Shown here in pieces: positions 52,115-64,000 of a stretch of DNA of 64,000 nucleotides. The stretch is from assembly GCF_006345805.1 (NCBI RefSeq), contig NC_042999.1, positions 64,108,001 to 64,172,000 on the forward strand, written 5' to 3'. Position numbers and translations under genes: made by a program. The notes below the pieces were generated by a model. It did no database searches, was not told the DNA's origin, and worked only from the letters and a program-made list of their open reading frames with translations. Each line of letters opens with the position of its first letter. Position 1 is the first letter of the stretch. This stretch comes from Octopus sinensis. Taxonomy: Eukaryota.

Positions 52115-52299
52115 AATAGTAAAAGATATATCATAGAAGCCTTGGCCTCCTCAGCCATTGCCATTACAAGATCTAAATCTAAATTCAAAAGTACCAGGTA
52201 TCTGTGGATCACATGTTCTTTTGATTTATAGTAAATTCTTCTCATTAGTGTCGTATAAGTGGCTTGTTTTTCGTTCATGCAAACGTGCGGACATATATC

Positions 52300-52304
52300 A
52301 AAAT

Positions 52305-52336
<32 letters not shown>

Positions 52337-52542
52337 AAGGGAGAGAGAGAGAGAGAAATAGAATGCGTGTGTATATGTATATGAATATACTTGCATGTAT
52401 GTGTATATATACACATCTCTCTCTTTCTCTATCTCTCTCTCTCCACACACACATATATATACATATATTTATGTGTGTGTATGTGTATATATATATACAT
52501 ATATATATATATGTGTGCGTGTATGTATATATATGTATATGC

Positions 52543-52583
<41 letters not shown>

Positions 52584-52746
52584 TATATATATGTTTATAT
52601 ATGTATGTATATATATATGATATATGTATACAAATATATGTATATATGTATGTACATATGTATGTATGTATGTATATATATATGTATATATTATATACAT
52701 ATATGTATATATATATATAGTATATATATATATATACATATAATAT

Positions 52747-52796
<50 letters not shown>

Positions 52797-52904
52797 CATA
52801 TAATATGTATATATATGTATATATATATACATATAATATGTATATATATATATATATATATACATATATGTATATATATATATACATATAATATGTATAT
52901 ATAT

Positions 52905-52949
<45 letters not shown>

Positions 52950-52995
52950 ATATGTATATATATGTATATATATATATATATGTATATATATGTAT
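52300..52995. repeat. Compound (TG)/(GA)/(TA)/(TACA) microsatellite
   Basis: Direct reading. Confidence 0.95.
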
Positions 52996-53499
52996 AAAAT
53001 AAGTAAAGAAAGAATAGTCGGGGCGGGTTAAGTGTTAGGAAAGTTAACAGTAACCTAGGAATTTGTCTAGTTAGAGGAATGTATTAGAAGTAGGGTGGGA
53101 GTACAAGTGGAAGTGTGAAGCAAAAGAGAAGTAGGGTTGTGTGTTGATGGATATATATATATACATACATACATTCATACGTATATATATATACACACAT
53201 ATATATATGTAAATGTATACATACATACATATACGCACACGCATATACATGCACGCACACATATATAGATGTCTGTGTGTGTATGTTTAAGTATATTTAT
53301 TTATGTATACTTACATGTATATACATGTGTGTGTTTGTGTGTTTGTGCGATGTAGCATTGATAGCGAGATAGACAGCTGGGTAACAGGTGTTTTCACACG
53401 CACCGTACTACCGATTGCCTTTTGAAAACAATACTCTGGCCATGCATGCCGCACATGTAAGTTATTACCTACACACGGGTGAAGCACATCGCAACTTCA

Positions 53500-54573
53500 C
53501 TAATGATGACAACGACGACGATGGTTTGTTGACCCAACAATCGTTACACGGACATGCCTTCATCATCATCATCATCAACAACGATAATAGCATCATCATC
53601 ATCATCATCATCATCGTCATCAACAACAGCATCATCATCATCATCTTCATAATAAGCATCTTTTCTCGTCATCGCCACAATCATTGCATTATTTATTCGC
53701 AGATGTCCTCAATCTTTGACCACCCACTTCTCCTTCTCCTCTTTCTTCTTCTCCTTCCTCTTCTTCTTCTTCTTCTTCTTCTTCTTCTTCTCCTTTTCCT
53801 TCTTCTTCTTCTTCTTCTTCTTCTCTTCTTCTTCTTCTCCGCCTCCTCCTCTGCCTCCTCTTTATCATCATCTTCATCATCACCATCATGGAGCAATATA
53901 TTATGGTCCGCCATCATCAACATCCCCATTGGAGACATTAGTTTCAATGTTATGCCATCATCATCATCATCAACATCATCGTCACCACCACCACCACCAC
54001 CACCACAGTCATTATACCCCCCCCCCCCATTATCCTCATCCTCACACTTTAGGAGTTTTAACGATGCAACCAGCCACCTCCACCACGATTGCCTTCACCA
54101 AATAAATAAATAGATAGATAAATAAATAAATAAAAACATCACCACTACCTCCTCCACGACATTCTCACTACTCCCATTAAACACTAACTCCCACTGCAAC
54201 CACCATTAAAACAATCGAGAAAACTATTAATTTAGAGTATTCAGCTGCTAAATATCATCGCACCAACATCATCACTGTCGTCCTTGCCCTCCTCCTCCTC
54301 CTCCTCATCATCATCATCATCATCCTCATCCTCATCATCCTCATCCTCATCATCCTCATCATCATTTCTAGCTTCGGCCTCGCCCACTTATTTATCCCCA
54401 TCGCCACTGTCATGATTACCATTAACATCCCTGTTATCCGCCTCATCATTATCATCATCATCATTGCTATCTTCCTCATTGCCCTTCATGTCCCTCTCAT
54501 CATCATCATCATCATCATCATTAACATTAACAACCCTGCTTTCACCTCCTCCTCCTCCTCCTCCTCCTCCTCC

Positions 54574-54609
<36 letters not shown>

Positions 54610-54625
54610 CCACCATCGTCATCGT
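53500..54625. repeat. Mosaic of CAT, TCT, TCC and ACC triplet repeats
   Basis: Direct reading; strong pyrimidine skew on + strand. Confidence 0.9.
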
Positions 54626-55409
54626 CTTTACCTTTTTATACATTACACAAATAAGCGACATAACAGACAGCCTATCATCTCCTTGAATGCCGCTTCATCT
54701 TTTGCCTTTTATCTTCCGCACTCGGTTGAATGTTCCCACATCCTTCCACTACTTCATAGATTTCACTTCACTGAGTGTCGCCACAACACTCCTCCCATTG
54801 TCTCTACTCGTCTCCCCTGAATGCATTTCAACTATCTTTCCTTTCCACTACTCCCACTCCTTAGAAAACCATCTTCCTTTCTTTTCATCCCTCTCACCCT
54901 CAATTGTTATGTTACGTACATAAGGCTTCACATGAAGGGTCAATACATATCATGACATAAGCACAAAATCGCAGAGGACATTTATGGACACATTCCACTC
55001 TTTACCATTGTTGCTTAACATAGACTTTTGCTATTAGCTGACAATGTCCTAAGCAAAAAAGCCTTATTGGTTGTTATACTCCATAGACTTCTGCTTCTTC
55101 GTAGATTGTGAAGACCACTCTAATAACCTCATATGTATATAATTAAATAAGGGTAGAAATTGATATTAATCAATGAAAACCAGTGGCCTAGCATATTTTT
55201 AAAAAATCCGAAGATTAAAAACTTTTTACGTACAAAACTATTTCAACATGACACTTTTTGACATCGATAGCCTATTGTGTAAAAGTATGTACAAGTAGTC
55301 TCTCGACTATCGCGGGTGTTTCGTTCCAAAAACCCCCGCCATTTTGACGTCTATATCTAGCATACAGGCTGTCCATTTTTAGTGGTCAGTCCTCTAAAAT
55401 TTGTGTGTA

Positions 55410-55475
<66 letters not shown>

Positions 55476-55481
55476 AAGAGA

Positions 55482-55518
<37 letters not shown>

Positions 55519-55529
55519 TAGGTAGATAA

Positions 55530-55573
<44 letters not shown>

Positions 55574-56384
55574 TGAGAGAGAGACAGAGAGAGGGAGAGA
55601 GAGAGAGCGGAGAAGACAGAGAAAAGGCAGATAGGGATTTAAATAGTTTATACAACAGAAATAAATTGATGAAAACTTGGCGGCTTTTACGAAGTATTCT
55701 AGAGCAAGAGGCAAAGGCAATGAATTGACAAAGCAAATGTCAAAAATACAGTATGTTTAGGTGTGGTGACTCTTTTCTGGGGTTTTTGTTTTGCTCAGAA
55801 CAAGAAGAGTTTGTTGATAATATCTGCGTTTAGTTCGAAAATTGTATAGAGATTGGGGCTATTAGGTGGATAAAATTTCGGGTATGGGCTTAAGGGCGAG
55901 ATATTTTGACATGCGGATGAGATACGGCATTCTAGGTGGTAGGTCCGTATATGAGTTTGAGCTATAGAAAAAAAGGAAATATTCCAAGGAAAAAGATTAT
56001 TTTTTTGTTTTTGCTTTTAGGGTTTACTTTGTGTTATTTCGTAAAATGGTACAAATGTAACACATGAATGATTCTGCTTGTAATTGTAATCAGAGAAATT
56101 CTGTTGAGTGGTTTCCAATTGTCATTCTATTTTAGGGATAGAAACATGAAAGCCGTAAATTTCATCTTGCCAACACCGCAAAAGCAATCTACGCAGAAAA
56201 TATCTAATCGTTGTCGTTTTAGAATACAAACAAAAATGGTGTGGTATGTGTGTTTGTGTATGTTTGCGTATGTTTGTGTTTGTGTGAGTATGTTATATAT
56301 ATATATATATACACACACACAACACACCACACACACACACACACACACACACAACACACACACACATATATGCATGTCTGTATA

Positions 56385-56520
56385 TAAAAACAATTGACGA
56401 AGACAGGTGGTGTACAAAACAAACAGATATATTAGTTTAACGCTCAGGAATAGAAAAAGTCTTCTACGTTTCGAGTCTACGCTCTTCTACAGAAAGGGAC
56501 AGAGAAAAAACAAGGAGAGA
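56385..56520 (-). mobile_element. Penelope-like terminal repeat fragment (second family)
   Basis: gacgaagacaggtggtgtacaa...acgtttcgagtctacgctcttctacagaaagg...caaggagaga matches the 14.8 kb copy. Confidence 0.6.
56460..56497 (-). ncRNA. Minimal hammerhead variant (A6 to U), third copy
   Basis: CCUUU / CUGUAGA + A / GAG...CUC / GAA / ACGU / A / GAAGA. Confidence 0.45.
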
Positions 56521-56773
56521 TATATACATGTCTGTATGTATCTGTGTGTGCGTATGTGTGCCATGTGTCAATGCATGTATGAATAGTGCATCCCCCCACA
56601 CACACGCACATACAATTTAGATTGGGGTAATTGTGCTACATGTCTTTTCAGTTTTCAACAGTTAGGTAATACCGCGACGAAAACAAAAACTCTGAGCGTT
56701 TCCTTCAGATGGAAGCTCTACAAAATAAAATGAAATCATTTATTAAATTGCCCTTCATTTTTAATCAAATGTA

Positions 56774-57237
56774 CAGTAATCTCTCGCCATATCGCGGTTC
56801 ACCTATCAAGGGTTATTATTTAAGCTTACGTCGATTCCTCTGTGATGTTGTTTTGCATTTATAAGAAAATAAATACATGCAAATTATAATACAGCACTGT
56901 TTCTTATTTCTTTACTGCCTACAAGGGGCTAAACAGAGAAAGGGCAAACAAGGACCGGCAAATGAATTAAGTCGATTACATCGACCCCAGTGCTTAACTG
57001 GTACTTAATTTATCGACCCCAAAAGGGTGAAGTGCAAAGTCGACCTCGGCGGAATTTGAACTCAGAACGTAACGGCAGACGAAGTACAGCTAAGCATTTC
57101 GCCCGGCGTACCGACGTTTCTGCCAGTTCGCCGCCTTAACAAATTATAATAAAGTACTGTTTCTACTTCGCGGATTTTCACCTATCGCGGGGGGGGGGCT
57201 TTGGAACGTAACACCCGCGATAGTCGAGAGACTACTG
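56774..57237. mobile_element. Tc1/mariner-pogo (Tigger-like) MITE interrupted by SINE-A
   Basis: TA flanks; TIRs cagtaatctctcgccatatcgcgg / cagtagtctctcgactatcgcgg; SINE-A (56905-57138) flanked by a duplicated caaattataat...actgtttct. Confidence 0.7.
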
Positions 57238-57293
57238 TACATACTTTTACACAATAGGCTATCGATGTCAAAAAATGTCACGTTGAAATATTT

Positions 57294-57681
57294 TTGCTGT
57301 TGCTGTTGCTGTTGTGCGAACGGTCTTCGTCCCAGAGCGCGCAAGATAGGAGAAGTCCGATACGTGGTCCTTTGCAATTCGTAAGACCCGCAGAAGAGAA
57401 AGCAGGTCAACCCCCGACACCGAGAGCATCGACGGATGGATGAATGCGCATCCAGGCTCAGCGGTTGCGTAGGAAGTCGGGGACAAGAAATAGGGAGAAA
57501 GAGTGAGAGAAAGTTGGAGCGAAAGAGTACAACAGGGGTCGCCACCACCCCCTGCCGGAGCCTCGTGGAGCTTTAGGTGTTTTCGCTCAATAAACACACA
57601 CAACGCCCGGTTTGGGAATCGAAACCGCGATCCTCAGACCGCGAGTCCGCTGCCCTAACCATTGGACCGTTGCGCCTCCAC
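57294..57681 (-). mobile_element. SINE-C, tail type 3
   Basis: Full length; tgctgttgc at both ends. Confidence 0.9.
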
Positions 57682-57865
57682 TGCTGTTGCTGGAAACTTT
57701 TCAGTCGGACCGCCTGTGTTTCATAACGAATGTTGATTAGTTTTCATACAAAATAATGACGGTTTGACACTGTCATCTGGGATACTACGTTCAACACAAT
57801 CAACAGAATATCTAACATGGACCTTCTATTGATAATATCAAATGCCTCGGCGGAATCCACAAATG

Positions 57866-58188
57866 GACTTGGCGCCAGGACTTATTCTTTGTAAGCCTAG
57901 TATTAATTCTATCGGTCTCTCTTGCCGAACCGCTAAGTTACTGGGACGTAAACACACCAGCATCGGTTGTCAAGCGATGTTGGGGGGGGGGAACAAACAC
58001 AAACATATACATACATATATACATACGACGGGCTTCTTTCAGTTTCCGTCTACAAATCCAGTCACAAGGATTTGGTCGGCCCGAGGCTATAGTAGAAGAC
58101 ACTTGCCCAAGGTGCCACGCAGTGGGACTGAACCCGAAACCATGTGGTTGGGAAGCAAGCTACTTACCACACAGCCGTTCCTGCACCT
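57866..58188 (-). mobile_element. SINE-B
   Basis: Near-complete reverse copy. Confidence 0.85.
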
Positions 58189-58737
58189 ATATTCATATTT
58201 TGAAAATAATTCGTTCCTTACAGACAACTATTTCCCTTCAGTTAAATACCAAACATGCGCAGGACAATCTTATTTATTTATTTTTATTTATTTAATTTAG
58301 ACTGGTTGAAATGGCACAAGCCGTTTCTTGTCACCCTTATCATTTTACTTGTGATTATTTTGATCAAAAGCATTGGACTGACGAAAAGAGTTAAGTGCCA
58401 GACAACATGTTCTTGCAGTATATGGAATAACCTAGATAAGAGATGAATATATAGTTACGTTTATTGTTATTATCGAGTTCAAATCTTGATGTAGCTTGAG
58501 TAACTTTTCACCCCAGGGTCGATTTAATACGTAGCAGTTATGCTTTCAAAAGGAGACTTCATTCCATGAGTGTTACTGGTTATTTATGTATCGTCACGAA
58601 ATAATGCTGTTTTTCCCTATCGGCCTGTCAGACAGAAATCTTTATTTCACTATGATTGTTTTTGTTTAGATGAAGGTCAACCTCACTTAAAAACATATTG
58701 TGAAAAAGCATTCCATCTGGTGCTATGCTGGAATTTC

Positions 58738-58754
58738 ATACATACATACATACA

Positions 58755-58787
<33 letters not shown>

Positions 58788-59067
58788 GCATGCATACATG
58801 CATATTTTATATATTTCATATTATGTTATATAATATATATGTCCATTATATATATATAAATATATATCCATATATCCATATATTGTTCATATATATATGT
58901 GTGTAATTATTGTCCATATATATATAAAGATTATCCATATATATAAATATATATCCATATATATATATATATATTCCATATATTATATATAATCTCCATA
59001 TATCTACGATATAATATATATATATATATCTATATATATTTTATATAATATATATATATATATATCC

Positions 59068-59106
<39 letters not shown>

Positions 59107-59493
59107 CTATATATACGATATATATATATAATCCATATATATATATATCATATATATATATATATAATGTATATCCATATATATATATATATATATAAAT
59201 CCAAAGATATATATATATATTAATATATATATATTATTATATATATATAGTATATATATATTATATATATATATATATATATCGATATTTAAAACATATA
59301 TATATCATCATACCTGGTCCAAACGGGAAGAGGAAAACAGAAAAAAAGATCAACAGAAAAAACAACAACAGAGGAATAATTATATATTATATATATAGGC
59401 GCCCAGATAATACGTTTAACATCTTGTCGGAAACATAGAAAGATATATTATACGATATAATATATATGTATATATATATATATATAGATATAT

Positions 59494-59531
<38 letters not shown>

Positions 59532-59600
59532 GTATACATATAGAGAAAGAGAGAGATTGAGAAAGTGGGATGGAGATAGAGAGATAGAGAAAAAAGAGAG

Positions 59601-59640
<40 letters not shown>
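58738..59640. repeat. Compound (TACA)/(TA)/ATCCAT microsatellite region
   Basis: Direct reading. Confidence 0.9.
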
Positions 59641-59641
<1 letters not shown>

Positions 59642-60297
59642 TATTCTTTATAGAGTGAGAGAGAAAGAGAAAGGAAAGAGAGAGATTTTGTTGCTGGCAC
59701 ACTTAATGAAATTCTGAAGAGGGACGAAATTACTTATCAATTTCTCCGAAATAAATAACTCTGCGCGCGCGCGCATGTGTGTGAGTGATAGAGAGTGGCA
59801 GGTAGGCAGACAGACAGACAGACAGTCAGTCAGATTATTTTGCGTATCCAATGTCTTCCTGCTAGTGTTAGAATTCTATATTGAAACGCGGGGAAATATG
59901 AGGTGTAAATACAGTAGGCCTCTTTATGTATACTGTTCTGCTCGCTAGTAATGGTATTACATGTTTTCAAAGTTATCATACCTTATACGAAGGTTAATTG
60001 TATTGGCTTACACAAATGACATTTCTATTTTTGACGTTTCTCAGTATTCTATAACAAAACTGTTTATTTCAAACCTATATTATAGCGAGGGAGTTGATCA
60101 GATAATATAATACAACAAACAAATGCAACGGATATTTTAATGTTACAGTTGACGCAGGAAATAGCGTCGGACCAAACAAACCTGCTACACATAGCATCCA
60201 ATTTTCCATTAAACTACATCCTGCCATCTTAATACATAAATGCATACATACATACATACATACATACATACATACATACATACATACATACATACAT

Positions 60298-60478
60298 ACC
60301 GCTAGCCACTACACATTTTTTATTTTCTCTCCTTGTTTCTTTCTGTGTTCCTTTCTGTGGAAGAGCGTATGCTCGAAACGTTAAAGACTTTTTCACTTCC
60401 CGAGCGTTATACTAATGCATCTGTTAGTTGTCTACACTACCTGTCTTCGTCTTTTGATTTTTTTGTGAATTCTCCCTA
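60298..60478 (+). mobile_element. Penelope-like terminal repeat fragment (second family)
   Basis: Reverse complement of the 14.8 and 56.4 kb copies; flanked by (TACA)n and (CA)n. Confidence 0.6.
60351..60386 (+). ncRNA. Minimal hammerhead variant (A6 to U) in Penelope-like terminal repeat
   Basis: CUUU / CUGUGGA + A / GAGC-GUAU-GCUC / GAA / ACGU palindrome / U / AAAG. Confidence 0.55.
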
Positions 60479-60532
60479 CACACACCACACACACACACAC
60501 ACCACTATATATATATATATTTATACACACAG

Positions 60533-60569
<37 letters not shown>

Positions 60570-60614
60570 TATATATATATATATATATATATTATACACA
60601 CACACACACACATA

Positions 60615-61398
60615 CATTCTGATTATTCTGGACGAGCTAAGGAGGCAAACCTTTTGTAACAGTTCTATTAGGCACTCTATTCCGATTTCCTTCATATTGC
60701 TCTTGATGTCATCTGATGCTGTCCCCAAGGAACCAACAGTAATTGACACTATCTTCACCTTCATTTTCCATACACGGGCTATTTCGTACTTGAGAGGATT
60801 GTATATATCTGTTTTTTGCCTTCTTTCTTGATTATTCGTGAGTCAAAGGGGCACGCAACATCAACTATATACTATATGTAGTGCTTCTTACCCACCACCA
60901 CTCGGTTCGGTCTGTTATGCTCTATCGCTTCATCTGTTTGGATTGGAGAATCAATGAGGATTTTGCAGGTCTCCGACTCCGTCACGCTCTGCTGTTTTTG
61001 CTCATATTACGTCTTGCCTCTTCCTAGTTCCCACTTTTTGCAGTTTCCAATGTAGCTCTTTCGCTATTTTATCGTGTCGCCACGATAGTAGTTGGAGCAA
61101 GTCTAGGGCATTTGTTCGCGATGTGGGCAATGGTTTCGTCCACTCTATTACATATGCCGCCCTGTGGAGACACTTGTTCATTTCTAAGGTTGACTCTCCA
61201 ATTCATAGCCAGAGCTTGGTCTTGTGCTGCCGCTATAGTGCTCTCAATCTCTTTTTCCAGTGTCGCTTTCTTCAGCCAATCCCACCTATATTTTCCAACA
61301 ACTTCAGTTGTGGCTACATGGAATGGATTGTGTAGTCCCTTGTTGCGTAATGCTTCATCATGTCCTTTTTGTATTTTTTCGTTTGTTATTTTTTTCCT
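60615..61398 (-). pseudogene. Degenerate R4/Dong/NeSL-type non-LTR retrotransposon, C-terminal zinc knuckle + restriction-like endonuclease
   Basis: With frameshifts: WDWLKKATLEKEIESTIAAAQDQAL...ICNRVDETIAHIANKCPRLA...WRHDKIAKELHWKL...KILIDSPIQTDEAIEHNRPNRVVV...IVDVACPFD...YNPLKYEIARVWKMKVKIVSITVGSLG...LLQKVCLL. Stops and frameshifts present. Confidence 0.85.
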
Positions 61399-61403
61399 TA
61401 TTA

Positions 61404-61735
61404 TTATTACCTCCGCCTTAGCAAAGGCGGAGATATTATTTCTAGTCGTGTTTGTTTGTTTATTTCAAGAACCGCTGGATGGATTCGGATGAAACTTTCG
61501 TGACTGGCATGACCCGATTAGGTTTCGGAATCGATCCAGTACCTGACAAAGATTCTGGATTATTTTCCTGTTTTTTTAAAATTAATTTTTGAGGGTGGTC
61601 GAGTTCATTTTTAGTATTCTCGTTTGTGAGAGAAATCGAGTTTATTTCAGATATTCTCATTTTAAAAATCATTACTGGCTGAGAGGACGTTGGTGTTGCC
61701 TTGACGGAGGTTTGCGCTCTTTGAGTGCTCTTGTT
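61404..61735 (+). mobile_element. Helentron-type non-autonomous element (HINE/DINE-1-like)
   Basis: ttattacctccgccttagcaaaggcggag...cttgacggaggtttgcgctctttgagtgctcttgtt; T-rich flanks. Confidence 0.65.
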
Positions 61736-61834
61736 ATCATCATCATCATCATCATCATCATCGTTATTGTTGTTGTTATCATCATCATTATTGTTGTTGT
61801 TGTTGTTATCATCATCATCATCATCATTGTTATC

Positions 61835-62021
61835 AAGACGTCGGACAAAATGCTTAGCAGTATTTCACCCATCGCTACGTTCTGAGTTCAAATTCCACCA
61901 AGGTTGGCTTCGCCTTTCATCATTTCAGAGTTCGTAAATTAAATACCAGCTGAACGCTGAGGTCGATGTAATCACACACCTCCCTCCCCCCAAAATGGCT
62001 GCCCTTGTGGAAAAATTTGAA
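61835..62021 (+). mobile_element. SINE-A, diverged
   Basis: Homology. Confidence 0.7.
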
Positions 62022-62048
62022 ATTATTATTATTATTATTATTATTATT

Positions 62049-62597
62049 GAGAGACCAGTGCATGTCATCAAAGTGACACTGGGGTAAAATATACGAATCC
62101 CAGTATACCTATCATGACTACCCGTCTGATAATGGTACACCAAGCACATGCATCACAACCATATGTGCGCAACATGGTCATCTCATATCAAGATTAATAG
62201 CGCATGACCTTACAGGTGGGGCCCAGTTAGAATTACCTTCATGTTGAGTAGCCCATCCCGCTCAAAAAATCCCTGAATAAAAGTTGTTTAAGGATGTTGA
62301 ACGAAACACCCATGTTTCCAGAGATGAATTATTCAAATCCCAAAGAATCCCTCTCAACACATGGCTATGATGCTCCCCCACTGCTTCTGCTCGTGATCAG
62401 TGATGCATATATCATCGGCCACTAAGGGACATGCTCAACTGGTTAAGGTCAAACAACTGACAAACAAATCTGTGGTAATGAACAGAATATTTGCTGTATC
62501 CCATCGTTATACCAAGACAGAACAATGTACATGATAACACTTCCAATCAGTTAAGACCAGAAGCCATGTGAGCCACTGCCTGGTACTGCATCGGGGC

Positions 62598-62598
<1 letters not shown>
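62049..62598 (-). mobile_element. Longer copy of family E retroposed repeat
   Basis: Extends the 21.8 kb copy by about 200 bp at its 5' side; (TTA)n at both ends. Confidence 0.7.
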
Positions 62599-62628
<30 letters not shown>

Positions 62629-62654
62629 TTTGTTGTTGTTGCTGTTGTTGTTGT

Positions 62655-62721
<67 letters not shown>

Positions 62722-62722
62722 G
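62598..62722. repeat. (TTA)n(TTG)n(CTA)n compound triplet repeat
   Basis: Direct reading. Confidence 0.9.
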
Positions 62723-63337
62723 CATGCCATTTAATTTCATCATTGCTATTACACTGTTCAATATACCTGACTTCCCTAATTAACTATCCCTAACTATGAT
62801 CTATTTTACTATAATTACCTGTTCACCTCTCGCTTAATTCTTTCATTTCTGTAACTACCCTTCGCCTTCCTCTACTCTATTTCACCATCATAACCAACAT
62901 GTATATATGTATTTGCACGATTCAACAGCTTCTGAAATACGTAACGAACAAACACTTTGATGAAACAACGGTGGCTATGTTGTAAGAGTATAAATCTTAT
63001 ATAATATATATATATATGATTGAATACATCTATATATGTGGATATATATGTATACGTACCGATGCACACACAGGCACACACACAAACACACACACACACA
63101 CACACACACAACACACACACACGCACACACATACACAAACATCTAATGTAGAGTGTGACGAAGGCTACCAGACCGAAACGTCGAAGCCACTGTCAACATT
63201 TGAAACCAATATATACTTACACACATACGCACATGCGCGTAAACAGACACAGACACAGACACACATACAGAAATAGATGTATGAATATATGCATGTGTGT
63301 GTGTGTGTGGTGTGTGTGTGTGTGTGTGTGTTGTGTG

Positions 63338-63372
<35 letters not shown>

Positions 63373-63658
63373 ACTGTTTTTCTCTATCAGTAAAGGGGAA
63401 ATGTTTCTAAGTATGCGCAGGATAGTGGATGACGCGCAAATACGCAGAAATCCCGGATCTAGCAAATACACTGCCACTGCTGGATGCTTTCGTCTGCAAC
63501 TGATAGGTTTTTTTTCTTAGCACTAAACGTCTATAGGAAACACTTTCTCAAAACGAATGCTGCAGTGTTGTGGCTTTCTTACAGCATGTCCACATCATGC
63601 ACAAGATATGCAGAACGATATATATAAAATTTCCTCTTTACTGATAGAGAAAAACAGT

Positions 63659-63689
<31 letters not shown>

Positions 63690-63807
63690 ACACACACACA
63701 TACATACACACACACACATTCATACATCTATTTCTGTGTGTGTCTGTGTGTGAGTGTGTGTATGTGTTTGCGTGCGTGTGCATGTGTGTGTAAGCATATA
63801 TTGGTTT

Positions 63808-64000
63808 CAAATAATTCAAGGCCAGCAATTTTCGGGGGTGAGGGCGCTAAGTCAATTACATCTACCCCGGTACTCAGCTGGTACTTATTTTATCGAAAGG
63901 CAAAGTCGACCTCAGTGGAACTTGAACGCAGAACGTGAACGCGGACGAAAGGTCGCTAAGCATTTTGCTCGGCATAGTAACGAAGCTACCAGCCCGCTGC
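63808..64000 (-). mobile_element. SINE-A, diverged, runs to window edge
   Basis: Homology. Confidence 0.7.

Noticed and set aside
53388-54820. 241-aa and neighbouring poly-L/S/H/I/E ORFs
   Set aside because: Triplet-repeat artefacts open in several frames and on both strands.
1-64000. Prokaryotic operon, phage or defence system
   Set aside because: No gene-dense region, no Shine-Dalgarno-led ORFs; spliceosomal introns and SINEs show a metazoan genome.

Overview
AT-rich (roughly one third GC) eukaryotic genomic DNA, saturated with microsatellites and short interspersed repeats. The repeat families and (TA)n/(CA)n density look like a coleoid cephalopod, most likely Octopus; this is inference from recall, not a database match. 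Almost all ORFs in the supplied track are microsatellite or repeat artefacts. The only firm host coding sequence is a two-exon CUB domain on the + strand (36946-37108, 37629-37822), bounded by phase-1 introns. There are weaker candidate exons upstream of it and a possible antisense exon chain at 39-42 kb. Mobile DNA includes four tRNA-headed SINE families, a CR1/L2-type LINE 3' fragment, a degenerate R4/Dong-type (RLE) LINE, Helentron-like HINEs, and MULE-, hAT- and Tc1/pogo-like non-autonomous elements. The main unexpected signal is a set of hammerhead ribozyme folds. One is an extended near-canonical type I hammerhead (23638-23713). Two families of minimal variant hammerheads (three copies each) lie in Penelope-like terminal repeats; one family has a G3-C8 core swap and sits in a fold-back insertion with a 12-bp TSD. 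All of these folds carry an extra purine between A9 and G10.1.
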